Shown here piece after piece: positions 25,499 through 38,864 of a stretch of DNA of 64,000 nt. Position 1 is the first letter of the stretch. Every line of letters begins with the position of its first letter. The notes beneath the pieces were generated by a model. That model made no database searches, was not told where the DNA came from, and saw only the letters and a program-made list of their open reading frames with translations. Origin of the DNA: Camelus dromedarius (taxonomy: Eukaryota). Position numbers and translations under genes: made by a program. Location: assembly GCF_036321535.1 (NCBI RefSeq), contig NC_087437.1, positions 2,356,001-2,420,000 of the forward strand. Direction: 5' to 3'.

Positions 25499-26734
25499 TT
25501 GTGGAACATAATGAATCCAATTTTACACTTTTGACAAACTTTAATGATTCAGAAAATTTAGGCTCAGCGTCCGAGTAGTTCTCCAATTTTCTTTACAGAT
25601 TATGTTTTATGTTATTGGTATAGTCAGCCATCCTGTATTCTTCTGTATTAATTTTGGGCATGCTTTTTCCATTTTCAGTTTTTCCTGGTACTGAATTATT
25701 AATTATTATGTTATACTTCATTCTCCTTTTAATACATATAATCAAATATATGTATATAAATGACCATTTTAATATTCTGAATGTCAAGTAGATCTATTCT
25801 TTCACTATTTGATAAGAATTACTGAAAGATTGACTCTAATATTTCTTTTCAAAAAAACATCTTGTTTTGCTCTATCAGTCCCTGAATTGTAGATTTCTAT
25901 TTATTCTCCTGCTACCAGTGTCTCTGCCCCAGAGAAGGATGTTTGCTCTACTTTTCAACTCTTCCTTTGAAATACTGGCTCTTTTCACATGTGTGATCTC
26001 ATTTCTTTGTTTTCTCTCTTTCACTAAGAAGTGACCAAGCTTGTCTGGTATTTGGGTGTTGACGTGCTTTCAGCCAGAGACTGAGCAGATTCCTGTTCAA
26101 ATCTGTAAGGCTTTGATTAAACATGAAAACAAAATTAGATTTATAGAGGCTTTACCTTCCTACCTAACTGGAGATACACTGATTGTGACCTTGAGGTAGA
26201 AACTTCTAATATTAGTGGCAGATCTTCTGTCCTTGTCTTTTTGTTGACACCAATTTGTTGTTGCTAAAAAGTAGTTTTCTAATTGGAAATGTAGTTTTTC
26301 TACCAGAAAAACTTGCATTTATTCAATGAAAACTTACCTGATGGGTGTACTTAGTCTCAGGCATCCTAAGCTAAAGTCGCACCCTGGAATATATGATCGA
26401 CATCCTTCTTTTCAATACGCTCCCAAAGTCTGATTTGGATTCCCCTGCACCCACCTTGTACCCTAACTGAGTGCTCCAGAGACCATCTTGATTTCCGCTT
26501 CCTGCTGCTCTGAATTGAGAACTGTGAGTGGGTTTACTTTAGGGATCGTATCCATTTGTTCTGAGGTAACATTTTTTTTTTCTTTTCATGACTCACACAT
26601 CTTTAGGTACATCTTGAATGCAGTCTTATGTTTTGTCCTTCTTGCAGACAGTCCTCAGAGCTTCTGGGGAATGATATGGGAATGGGTGTATTTCTTGAAC
26701 TATCCTCCCTGTGCCTCATTTACCGCCCTGTAAT

Positions 26735-27095
26735 GGACATCTCAATTCAGGCTGCTGTAACAGAACTAGCATAGCCCAGGTGGCTGGTAAACAACAGGAG
26801 CTTACTCCTCACGGTTCTGCAGACAGGGAGTCTAAGATCATGGTGGGCACACGGTCAGGTGTGGGTGAAGGCTTGCAAGTTGCAGAATGCCAGCTTCTCA
26901 TGATGCCCTCACAAGGCAGACAGCAGAGAGGAGGGCTCTCAGGACTTTCTAAGGCATGAATCCCACTCATGAGGGCTCCATTCCCATGAGCTTCTCTAAG
27001 CCTAATTACCTTCCACGGGCCCTGCCTCCTACTGTCATCACATTAGGGTAGGGTTTCAACGTATGAATTTGAGACACAAACATTCAGTCTATAAT
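26735..27095 (-). mobile_element. MaLR LTR (MLT1A-like)
   Basis: ggctgctgtaaca...ctcacggttctg...aatcccactcatgagggctcca...tttcaacgtatgaattt...acattcagtctata. Confidence 0.8.
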
Positions 27096-27099
27096 AATG

Positions 27100-27698
27100 G
27101 GTATAATCATTAGAGCAGGCAGATAGCTAGATCTGAGCAGAGAAAAGGGGCACAGGCCAAATGGCAGGAATTGGGCAAAAAGGAGGGGCACTGGGGCCAA
27201 AAGCAGGAAACCACACATCGTATAAACAACAGGGGTCTCTGGGCAGAGAAAGAAAAGCAGGAACCTCTGGGCTGATAAGCAGCCACACATTTTGGGATGA
27301 CAAGTGGCCTGGAGGCCAACAAAGAAAGGTGGGAAACAGGAATCTCCAGTGTCTGAGTGTAACCTTTTGCTCATTGTACACTCAATTCAATAAAATTAGC
27401 CTTGAAGATTAGAAGTACCCACCATGCACCAATGCCGTGACATTTCTGATCCAGACTAAATAAGGACAAAAATCCCCCCTCCTTTCGGGAAGGTGGAGTC
27501 GGGGTGAAAATCAGGGAATAGGACCCCAAACCCTTACATCCCCAATGAACACCCCACCCATTCATTTCTACAGCCTGTGTAACCAACTTGCCAAAGAAAT
27601 GCAGGGCAGCTGCTCACCTGCCCCTGCCTGCTCCCCCCTTACAGTGAACCATCCACCCCTTAATAAAGCCCCACTTTACTTTCTTAGTGAGAGTCACA
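27100..27698 (+). mobile_element. ERV LTR-like sequence
   Basis: LTR-like composition with aataaa motifs (27388, 27662), ending ...gtcaca. Family not recognised. Confidence 0.4.
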
Positions 27699-29629
27699 TG
27701 TTAGGAAGTTAACAAAGCTGATATGTTTAACTGCTAAAATGTCATGCCATGCATAGATGAAACTGAATTAATAACATAAGAATAAGGGTACTTAAATGGT
27801 ATTTGCTAAGGTAGGCATAAAATGAGTAGCTTAGCATTTAATTTATCTTAAATACCTAAACATCAATATTTCACATGATGACTTTTAACACAGATGAATA
27901 CTAAATATTTGCATCAAATACCCTTTCTTATTTTGAAGTAATTCTTCATCTTGACAAATTCTTCAAACATGAGTCGACAAGTTGGCTGTCTTTCTTTAAT
28001 TTTCTCATGTTTTTTTGCTTATTACACTTTTCTACTCCTTGAGCAGAGCTCCTAGCAACCTTTTCTTACTTTCTCTTCCCACAGGAGTAAAAGGCAAATT
28101 GCTCTCCTATGTGATGACGTCTCTGTGTGCTCTACCCTTAGAGTATAATAGCTTTATTCTCACATGAAAGTAGACTGAAATGAATTTTTATGGATAAAAT
28201 ATTCAACTAACCGCTATGCATTATTTTACACCAAATTTCTTTAGACAATTTTGACACTTCATTAGAGCCCTGACCTAAAGAACTTACTAAAATCATAATA
28301 AAATATTGCAGTCTAAAATGATCTTCTCTTTACTGTCAGTTTTTAGTGGACATATGTACCTTCTTAGGAGAGCAGAGCTAGTTTCCTTTGCAGATGCCCC
28401 ATTAAGATCGCCATTAAAGTAAAATTTACTTAGGTGATTGAATAGAATTTCTGCTTAATAGTTTAAATTATTTGGACCACGTGTCTTATATACACATGGC
28501 TGTATGCATATTTTGATGTCTAAAAGATGAAAAGATGCATCACTACTTTTGTGTTTGCCCTCTAATTCTTTTTATGCTGAATAGATTTTTAATGCCCTAT
28601 ATTTTGATATAAAGGGGTTTATTTTCACATGGTGAATCATTCAAGCATTTTAACATATTGAAGATGTAGAAAGAGAGCCTGCATATTCTGGGCCATACCA
28701 GTCCATGCCAGCAAATGGTCACACTTTGTTTTTCTTCTTAATATTGCTCCCTGGTATTTCCAATTTTTCCATTCTTTTATTTGTTTGCAGATAGACCATA
28801 GTCTGTTTTATTTACTATCTTGCCAAAAGCAGTAAATAGCAGCTGAAACATTCTACTACATTTGTGCTTTCCAACCTCTTCTGCTACAGGTGTTGAGAAA
28901 GCTTGCATTTCAGTTTCTCTCCAGTTACATCAGGTGATACTTTATAATGTGAATCGGCAGCTTTTCACCCTTTCACATTTCCTTGGTGCCCACCACTCAG
29001 GAAGCCAATACCACACCTTTTAACTTCTCATTATGGCAGAACCTCAACTTTGGCAGAGTTTTCAGTAGTTGCCATTGTAGGCTAGACTTACATTCACCTG
29101 ACACTTTACATTTTAACTCAAAGTTTTCCTTACACAAAAGTCATTGGAAGCTTGGTGCCTCCGTAGGGTAGATCTTTCCCAAGTAGTGACTCAGGGGGCT
29201 AGACTGCTGGAATATGGGAGGGGCGCCGACTAGAACGTGTGGCTTCCAAGTGGCCAGTGAACTGAAGATGGGGAGAGATGGAAGGATGTGCATCCACACA
29301 CAAAGGCTTTGCCTTGGACTGAACACACAGAATTTCTCCTAGGATCTCATTGGCAAGAACATGCCCCGCTTATAAAGATGGCTTAGAAGTTCATGTCACC
29401 TTTGGAATAACAGATGCGCTTTACTGTCTCCACCACATTGTTCCAAAAATTCTGGCTGTCATTAGTGAGGTGTCAGCTGGGGATCTGACCAATTGCTGAC
29501 TCCTTCCTCGCTGTTCAGTGGATCGTTCCTGCGACTTTGCACCAAGTCTGTACAAAAGTCTCTTTTAAACTTCCTATTGCAAAGCTAAGTCCATAAGAAC
29601 TCAGAGTCTCTCCAGGGCATTATAAGTGG

Positions 29630-30008
29630 AAAAAAAAAAGTCAATTTCAAAAAGCCACACATTACTTGTATAACATTATTGAAATGACAAAACTGTAGAG
29701 GTGGAGAACAAATTAATGGTTGCCAGTGGCTACAAAGTTGTAAGAGAATTAGGGATGAGTGAGACTGTAAAGGGGTAACACAAAGGAAATCTTTGTGGTG
29801 ATGGAATAGTTCTCTACCGTGTCAGAGGTAGTGTTACCTGAATGTACACATGTGATAGAATGACACAGAGTTTTAGCCACACATTGTGCTGATGATGGTT
29901 TCCTAGTTTGACAGTGTATTATGGTTCTATGAGATGTATCCGTGCCCAGGACTTCTCAGTACTATCTTTGCAACTGTATGTGAATTACTTCAAAATAAAT
30001 ACTTGTAA
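29630..30008 (+). mobile_element. L1MC-type 3' end
   Basis: gaaatgacaaaactgtagaggtggagaacaaattaatggttgccag...tactatctttgcaact...ttcaaaataaa. Confidence 0.7.
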
Positions 30009-30215
30009 AATGAACATTTCATTGTTCACTAATTTTTCCTCTTGATTACTTTGGAAACTGCCACGATAGATATGCACAGAGGTATATTTATACATTGAGA
30101 AATTTGTTTGTTTGTTTGTACAAGATGCCAAAGCAATTATTTATTTATTTATTTATGTGTTTGGTTTTCTTTTTTTAACACATGACGTTGTATCCTGGAG
30201 TGGGAGTATTGGACT

Positions 30216-33200
30216 TGTTACCCCAAAAGGGGAAGACCTCAGTTCTTGTCTCACCTGAAAGAGAAGAATTCAGAAAGTAGAAAAAAAAAAAGTGTTGTGT
30301 AGTTAAAGATTTTAAAGGTTTTATTAGCATAGGGAAAGTGCACCTCCAAGAATGGGAGGCAGGCTGATCAAAGGGCAGACAGCAATGGCCTCTGTTTGAC
30401 TCTTCTGTCTTATACCCTCGCTTACATATGGTCTCTTGATTGATTAATGGCTTTGCCCCTGGAGTGCTTAGTCATATTTGCACCCCTTTTTAAAAAATAT
30501 ATTTTTATTGAAGTATACAATGTTGTGTCAATTTCTGGTGTACAGCACAATACTTTAGACATATAGGAACATACATATATTTTCATATTCTTTTTCCACT
30601 GTAAGCTACTACAAGACATTGAATATAGTTACTTGTACTATACAGTAGAAACTTGTTTTTTTAATCTATTTTACATATAGTAGTTAGTATCTGCAAATCT
30701 CAAACTCCCAAATTATCCCTTCCCACCCCTCCTCTCCTGGTAACCATAAGTTTGTTTTCTATGTCTGTGAGTTTGTTTTATAAATAAATTTGTTTGTCTT
30801 TATTTTTTCTTTTTTAGATTCCACATATGAGTGATATCGTATGGTATTTTTCTTTCTCTTTCTGGCTTACTTCACTTAGAATGACGATCTCCATGTCCAT
30901 CTATGTTGCTGCAAATGACTGTCTTTTATTATTTTTATGGCTGAGTAGTATTCCATTGTATAAATATATCACAGCTTCTTTATCCAGCCATCTGTTGATG
31001 GACATTTAAGTTGTTTCCATGTCTTGGCTATTGTAAATAGTGCTGCTATGAACATTGGGGTGCATGTATCTTTTTGAATTAAGTTTCCCTCTGGATATAT
31101 GCCCAGGAGTAAGATTGCTGGGTCATATGGTAAGTCTATTTTTAGTCTTTTGAGGAATTTTCGTACTGTTTTCCATAATGGCTGCATCAAACTACATTCC
31201 CACTAGCAGTGTAGGAGGGTTCACTTTTCTCCATGCCTCCCCAGCATTTATTGGTGGACTTTTGGATGATGACCATTCTGACTGGGTCTGAGATGATATC
31301 TCATAGTTTTGATTTACATTTTTCTGATAATTAGCAATATTAAGCATTTTGTCATGTGCCTATTTGCCATTTGTACATCTTCATTGGAGAATTGCTTGTT
31401 TTGGTCTTACAGGGGTGTTAAAGTCTCCTACTGTGATTATATTCCCATTAATTTCTCCCTCTATGTCTGTTAGTATTTGTTTTATGTATCTAGGTGCTAC
31501 TTTATTGGGTGCATATAAGTTAATGAGCATAATATCCTCATCTTGTATTGCTCTTTTCATCATTATACAGTACCCTTCTTTATCTCCCTTTATGGCTTTT
31601 GTTTTAAAGTCTATTTTGTCTGATATGAGTATTGCTACTCTCTATTTGCATGAAAGATCTTTCCCTCCTCTCACTTTCAATCTGTGTGTGTGCTTCACTC
31701 TAAAGTGTGTCTCTTGTAGGCAGCACATTATAGGCTCTTGTTGGATTATTCAAGCTGCCACTCTGTGTCTTTATATTGGAGCATTTAGTCCAATGACATT
31801 TACGGTGATGATAGATGTGTGTTTACTGCCATTTTGAACTTTGTTTTCCAGTTACTTGGTATTTCTTCTTTATTTCTTTCTTTTCCTTTTTATTTTCCTT
31901 TTTGTGGTTTGATAACTTTCTTTTGTATTAGCTTGGTTTCTTTTTGGCATTTGTGACTCTGTTGTATGCTTTTGATTTGTGGTTACCCTTACTATATCTG
32001 TTTGCTTTAGACTGATAGTCATGTAGGCCAAGCACATCCTAAAAAAAAGAAGAAAAATAAAGGAGAAAAAGGGAGAGAGAAATCTATATTTTCTTGCTCT
32101 CCTCTCCCACCTTTCTATGATTTTTTATATTCTTTATTTTTTCATCTTCATGTTTATTCTCTTGCAACTCATTGTAGTTATCACATTTCCAATTATGGTT
32201 TTCTCATTTCTGTAGCTTCCTGTTTCTTTTCTATTTAAAGCAGATCTTTCAATATTTCTTTTAATATATGGATTTAGGATTGCTGAATTATTTTAGTTTT
32301 TGCTTGTCTGTGAAATTCTTTATCTCTCTTCTACTCTAAAGGATAGTCTTGCCAGATAGAACATCCTAAGTTGCAGCTTTTTCTCATTCAGAACTTTGAA
32401 TATATCTTGCCACTCCTTTCTAGCCAGCAGTGTTTGTGTAGAGCAATCAGCTAAAAGCCTTATGGAGGTTGCCTTGTAACTCACTCTTTGTTTTTCTCTT
32501 ACTGCCTCTAGAATCCTTTCTTTCTACTTAATTATAATATGTCTTGGTGTATGTCCGTTTGGGTTCTTCTTATTTGGGAATCTCTGTGCCTCCTGTACTT
32601 GGATATCTGTTTCCTTCTATACATTTGGAAAGTTTTCAGTCATGATTTCTTAAAATACGTTTTCAATCTACTTTTCTCTTTCTTCTTCTTCTGGGACCCC
32701 TGTTATGCATAGGTCAGCATGCTTCATATTATCGCATAGGTCCCTTATGTTGCTTTCACTGGTTCTTATTTGCTTTTCTGTCTGCTGTTCTGATTGATTG
32801 ACTTCTGCTGTCATGTCTTCTAAGTCACATATTCATTCCTCTGCCTTGTCTAGTCTGCTTTTGACAGCTTTTATCCTGGCTCTTATCTCAGACATTGGGT
32901 TTTCTGTTTTTAATTGGCTCCTCTTTATAGTTTCAATTTCATTTTTAAAGTATTCTCTGTCTCTATTGATAGTCTCTTAGTTCCTTCAGTGCATTGATCA
33001 TTCCCTTTTTGAGGTCATGATCTAGCAGACTATTGAGGTCTATTTCATTCATTGTTTTTTCATGGGATTTCTCTTGTTCTTTTAATTGGGAGTGGTTCCT
33101 CTGCTTCTTCATTTTACTTATATTTTCCCGGCTCTATGGATTTAGGAACATCCATTATCTACTGTGGTATTGAAGGGCTATTTTATTTTTGTTTGTTTAT

Positions 33201-35176
33201 TTTTATTTAAAGTGGGAGTGCTCCCGTGTAGACTTCGTGCATCTAATAGTTTGTTTGCCATGGCTGTGCTTCGTGTGGACGGTTGCCATGCCTTTCTTCC
33301 GTGAGTGTTGGCTGTTCTCCTTTTGATTGGAGCTGTGGTTAGGGGTGTGGTATTCAGTGCCTGCCTTGATTGTTGTTGTTGAGCTGGACCTCCTTTTTTG
33401 TTCTGTAGTTGTCACAGCCTTGTCAGACCCAAGTCTGCTCCCTAGAATATTGGCTTCTATACCCATTTGTGAGCTGTGCTGTGTGGTGGGCTGGGTGGGA
33501 GCACTGCAGCTGGGAAGGGAGTAGGCAGGAGATGCCCACTTGGCAGTTATATGTCACTTGGTATGAGGGCTGACAAAATGCTCTTTATTGACACTTACTT
33601 TGTCTCCACCTTAGCTGCAGGAATGTCAACCACTAGCTCTGCTGTCCCCCAGGTTCGGAGCCCCAGTAACCACGAGTCCAGATCTGCCAATATGAGGAGC
33701 TAGGAACCGCTGTAGCTAGAATGCAGTCGCATGCCTGGGTCTGTGGCATGCCAGGATTTCAGTGCCGACTCCAGCCCCACCCCCCCACACAGTAGGGCCC
33801 ACCAGCCTGTTGTGAATGCCTGTGCCCACCCATGCCATGGGTCAGGGCTCCGCTCACTGCATGCTCATCCCAGCAGCGTGGGTCCACAGAAGGTCCAGAG
33901 AGAGCAAACCTGCCCTCTCTGCCTGGGACTGTAAACAAATCTCCATCCTGCCTGTGCCACTGGTTGCAGGGCCGCTGGGTATGGGTTCAGCTTCAGCCCT
34001 GCCTCCCCACAGCAGTCATGGCTATGACCAAGTCTGACCTCCCTTATGAGGATGCAGTAACAATGGAGCGAAGCAGAGAAAGCAGCTGTGGCATGGCTTC
34101 ATTGTGCCCCTCCCCTCACTCACACCAGAGGTGGTGCTTTTTTATGAGGGTCCCAGGTTGTTCTGTTCCACAAACACCCCCAGCCAGAAGTCACACCACC
34201 CTCCAGTCCCCCGAGGCTGCCTCTGTGCCCTGGGGCCCAGCCCTTTGCCTGGGCTGCTCGCCAATCTCCTGAAGCCAGTCCTGGCTTGTCCCTGCTGGCT
34301 TGCATCTAGGGCTGCGGGGTCACAGGGACCCTCTGCATCAGTTCCCCATAGTTCTTTCTGCCACGCAGTTGCCACTTTCTCCTCTGAACCTCAGAAGCCC
34401 CGCTTCTGTCCCCACTGACCACCTGGCTATAGAGAGGGCATCCCAGGGTGAGGGCACCTTTCTTCCTGTGCCAGTCAGTCCCTGCAAGACTGGTCCTGCA
34501 CTGAGTTTTTTCTTTTATTTCTTACCAGATTTTCTGAGAACCATCTTGTATTTTGAAATGAGAGACACTCTGCCAGAGTTCATTAGTTGTTCTGTGTGAT
34601 TCAGTGAGCTTGTAGATGTAATTCTTGGTGTATTTGTGGGAGATGGCAAGCTGGGGGTCTCTCTACTCTGCCATCTTGGCTCCTCCCCCTGTTCACCCCC
34701 TTTTGCACATGTCCCTACCCATGATGCACACAGAAAGGCCTGGGGTGCGGGTGGTGTCTAAACCACAATGCTAATTATATTACGGTCAGCATTGGGTCAC
34801 ATCAGGTTATGTCCTTGTCACTACCATGCAGTTGTGGCTGTCAGGTTCTAAGCGGTTTCCTGCTGGCACTCATTTAGAGGAAGCAAATCCCCTTTATGCT
34901 GAAGGCAGGCACATCACCATTTTCTGGACCTTCCTCCCTCTCCTCCACCTTATCTGCCTGGTGCACCCACTTATCTAATCACCTAACACATCCAAGTCAC
35001 TAAATAAGCAAGCAAATAAATAAACAACAAGAACAAAAATCCATGGGTTGGGAGGAGTGTGGCTCATTCTTTAGAGTTGCTACAATGTATTATCTAAAAT
35101 ATCTAGAGAGGAGAGACCATCCTCTCTCTCCTCCACCTCATCTACCTGGTGCCTCTCCTTATCTAACTGTCTAAAA
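30216..35176 (-). mobile_element. ERV1-like LTR split by an L1 (LTR parts 30216-30490, 34690-34988, plus a second terminal copy 35115-35176)
   Basis: Starts tgttacc at 30216 and resumes after the L1, ending ctaaca at 34988. 4-bp TSD gact at 30212-30215 and 35177-35180. Confidence 0.65.
30491..34689 (-). mobile_element. L1 with both termini, 5'UTR and ORF1, but most of ORF2 deleted
   Basis: 5' end ggaggagccaagatggc at ~34685. Endonuclease motif NLYAPN...VGDFNTP (31563-31410) is fused to the ORF2 C-terminal region (31400-30850). TSD-like cacccc(c)tttt at 30481 and 34694. Confidence 0.88.
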
Positions 35177-36179
35177 GACTAATGCTAGCAATCAAGTGAT
35201 TTTTGAGTCTTAATCTCTTTTTTAAAGAACAAATCTAGAGGGTGTATGTTGTGGTGAATTATAATAGGATTAAGTGGAATGCACACATTTTTATTATTAA
35301 CCTGGCATTAATCAACCAACTGTCTGGCATGTTGCAAGTTGCTTAACTGCTAGCAAAATGAGTTTTTCATTTAAAAAAATTCAAACATAAAACTAGATAA
35401 TAGTGATGTTTTATACATCTCAGGTTTATCTTAAGGATTTTATCAGATATTATGAATGTAAGTGCCATGGAAACTGCAAGCATTACATACATATGAAGTC
35501 ATATTATTCAAATAATTCTTCCCATGATGCTAACTAACCTTTATGTCTTAAATATAATTAAATTTTATTTCCTATAATTATTTAATATGATAATATGTTA
35601 GTATATCACAACATTGAGAAATACATATTCATTGTTCTTTGCGTGATCAGAATAATTATCCAGGTACTAATACACTGAAGTTAGATGCTGAGCCATTTTA
35701 ATATAACAATGTCAATACTGTGATCATTCAACATTTTATATTGCCTTTATATTTTAGAATCTGGCACACAATTCAAGCTTCAAATCCATTAATAGCATAT
35801 ATTCTAAGTTTTTCTTTTCTTTTCTTTTCTTTGGCTTATATATTCTTGCTAAGTAACAATAGTTGGAGTTTTGTCTAAAGCTTTTTTTCCAATGAACTTG
35901 TATACGTGTTGGCCTTAGGTTATAAAGTGATTGGTTGACAAGGCTTATGAACTTGAAATATACATATATATATGTTTTTACTTTCTGTAGGTAATTTCTG
36001 GAGGCCAGGTATGCCATTTTTAGCAGGAAGTCGAACATGTCCCTATTCAGCTCTCCCCAGCATGTGTGAATTGTCTAATCAGGCCAACAAGGAGTAAAGG
36101 AGTATGTTCCATTTCGAAGCCCAGGACTTAACAGGTAAGGCAAGGCTTGTCAGGCCAGTCCTGCAGGTACCTTTCATTG

Positions 36180-36193
36180 CCACTAGGGGGTGC
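36180..36193 (+). promoter_or_regulatory. CTCF-like motif
   Basis: CCACTAGGGGGTGC, one mismatch to consensus, consistent with CpG deamination. Confidence 0.4.
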
Positions 36194-36439
36194 CCAAAGC
36201 ATCATGCTGACCCATAGCTGACAAATGCCTCTCAACCTTGCGATGAAACACAGATTGATCCTGCTCTTACGAAAGCTGCAGTGGGGCTACCAGACTTAGG
36301 CCATAAGGTCACTACTTTATTTGTTCTAGTCACACAATCTTAGGGTGGGGGTTAGTGGAAGGCACGTGACTTTCCTGGGGTACAAATTTAAGTAGGTATC
36401 CGCTCTCAAATTGCAATCAGTGCCAAGAGGGCATACGTT

Positions 36440-37550
36440 CAACTCTGCTGTTGGTAGACAATCTGTCAACAAGTGAACTTGGCCACAAAGCTAGTCTCAA
36501 TAAGTCTGAAAGAATTAGAGTCATATGATACATTCTCTCCAACCCTAATAGAATTAAATTAGAAATTCATGACAGAAAAATTTTAAGAAATCTCCAAATA
36601 TTTGGAGATTAAACAAATTTCTAAGATAACCTGAGTCAAAGAAGAATCACAGTGGAATACACATATTCACATCATATCAAAATTTATGAAATTTAGTTAA
36701 ACAATGCTTCCAGGGAAGTTTATGGTTTTAAATTTCCACATTAAGAAAGAAAATTGTCTTAAAGCAATAGCCTAAGCGTCTACCTTGAATGACTAGAAAA
36801 AGAAGAGCAAACTGAACCCAAAAGACACAAAAGAAAGGATTAATGGCAAAATCATTGAAACTGACAAGAGAAATTGATAAAAACAAACACTGGCTTTTGA
36901 TAAAAACAAAACTGACATAGTTTGAGTTGGACTGACCAAGAAGTAAACAAGGGAAGACATGAAATGACAAAAGAAGAATTTGAAAAATTTGTAACCATGT
37001 GTTATGATGAATGTTAACTAGATTTATGGTGGTGATGATCTTGCAATATATACATATACTGAATCATTATGTTATGAGCCTGAAACTAACATAATGTTAT
37101 ATGTCAATTATATCTCAGTAAAAAAGTTGAAAAGTGAAATCAACCCAAATGTTTACCAACTTGTGAATGAATAAATAAAATATTGTATAGTTTTGAATTG
37201 ATTCTTTGGCAGTAAAGGGTAACAAGGTAGTGATACAATATGAAAAATCCTCAAAAACTTTATTCTAAGGAAAAGAAGCCAATCACAAAAGATAGTACGT
37301 TGTTATCATTCTATTTGTATGAAATGCCCAGAAACAGCGATCTCTAGAGACAGAAAGATGAATGATCACATGGGGATGGAGCCAGGGACAAGAAGGGACC
37401 ATATAGGAGCTCTTTGTTAATGGAGATGTGCTAACACTGGTGCTGAGGGTCCAATAGCTCCATATATTTGCAAAAATTATTGGATTCTAGATTTGCAATG
37501 GGTGAGTTCTATGATATGTAAATTACACCAGGAAAATGTGTTAGAAAAGA
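36440..37550 (+). mobile_element. Mosaic of old L1 fragments (ORF2 5' part and two 3' ends)
   Basis: ggccacaaagctagtctcaataag..., tgaatcattatgtt...ataatgttatatgtcaattatatctca, aaaagaagccaatcacaaaag. Confidence 0.7.
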
Positions 37551-37638
37551 TTTCATGAACTCTAGAGCCTTTTTCTGTACTAAGTTGGCTACATGCCTAT
37601 GATCACATTTATTTTCTTTGTGTGTGTCATCTTTTAAG

Positions 37639-37827
37639 GCCCATTCTGTAAGGAGTCAATGGAACATTGTTTTTCTCAGTCTTGTTGGGAAGGGGGAATT
37701 AGTCAAAATGAGAGCTTACACTGGGGAATGCCCAGAAGGCTTTCTCAAACAAAATTGTGAAACTGATGTCAATGGGTGTTCACCGATACCATGTCAGAAT
37801 CATACTGACTGCACTCCTATTCCAAAG
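37639..37827 (+). pseudogene. EYS: EYS exon 6 homolog, frameshifted
   Basis: AG/GT flanks (ttttaag|gc ... aag|gtaagt). GPFCKESMEHCFSQSCWEGGISQNE / AYTGECPEGFLKQNCETDVNGCSPIPCQNHTDC matches recalled human GPFCEVSAKPCVSLLFWKRGICPNSSSAYTYECPKG...ETDVSEFSLVPCQNGTDC. 189 bp, frameshift at ~37712, premature TGA 37758-37760. Confidence 0.9.
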
Positions 37828-38279
37828 GTAAGTGTGAATCTATCATACAAGGGAGCTATTTGAAATTATTTTTTACCATTACTAATCTGTCTGAAATGTA
37901 CAAGTAATTAAAATTCTAATTAACATATTATAATTTCTTAATTCAGGAAAATCAGAAAAGCTACTTATTTTCATTTTTTCGTATTTTAAATAGAAACCAT
38001 AAATTCAAAAACACTCTTCAATTTCATTTTTTTGTTCTTCTGCCAGAATTCTCCCATGTGAACAATGTAATCATCTAAATTTTCATTTTTAGTTATTTAA
38101 AATAATTTTTCTTTATTATTTCATTATATTTACTGTTACATTTTAACTTTTAAATTTAATAGTTAAAGAAGAAAGACTAGGAAATCATTTAATAATTCCT
38201 ACAAATGAATATCTTTCCTTTTAATAAGATTGATACTTGAACTTATAATAAGAATTCATATTCATATTTTAATGACTTC

Positions 38280-38605
38280 CTTACATGTCTGGTGGTTGAT
38301 ACTGGCAGTCAACCAGACCCAACTACCAGCCAGAACCCTAAGTATAACTTCTCCATGAGGCTTGGCCTTCCTCACAGCATGGTGGCTGGGTTCCAATAGC
38401 GAACCTCCCAAGACAATCAGAGGTCTTTTAAACTTAGCTTTGAAAGTCACAGAAGATATTTTCCCCAGAGTCACAGCTTGCTTCCACTCAAGGAGGGAAG
38501 TGCAGTCCTCAACTCTCAGTTAGGGGAGTGTTGAAATACCGTGGTAGGAACAGGTTGTGACATGGGAAATGAGTTGGGATATTTGGGAAAATAGAACCTT
38601 CCACA
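38280..38605 (-). mobile_element. MaLR LTR (MLT1-type) fragment in the EYS intron
   Basis: ctccatgaggcttggccttcctcacagcatggtggctgggttcca...tgggaaaatagaaccttccaca. Confidence 0.7.
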
Positions 38606-38734
38606 TTGTTACACTGAGAAATTCTACTACCTGCTCATGTAAATAGTTTTCTCCCCTCCCCATGTAAGAATCCATTCATTATATTTGAAATACCTGAACA
38701 TTTTTGTAAAAAATTACCTTTTAATCTTTTCTAG

Positions 38735-38864
38735 GATGTCATATGCATGTGTTCACCAATATTGACAGCAAGTTGCTTTGTAAGCAACTTCAAACACCAC
38801 ATGAGTCATTTCTTTGCAAGACTGATGCCACAAGTATGAAATATGACAAAAATGATCATTGCAG
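38735..38864 (+). pseudogene. EYS: EYS exon 7 homolog, frameshifted
   Basis: ttttctag|GAT ... TGCAG|gtagga. DVICMCSPILT / LLCKQLQTPHESFLCKTDATSMKYDKNDHC matches recalled human DVMCICSPIFTDLLCKSIQTSCESFPLRNNATCKKCEKDYPC. 130 bp, frame break at ~38770. Confidence 0.88.

Noticed and set aside
33203..34599. Cluster of short ORFs
   Set aside because: They fall in the GC-rich L1 5'UTR.
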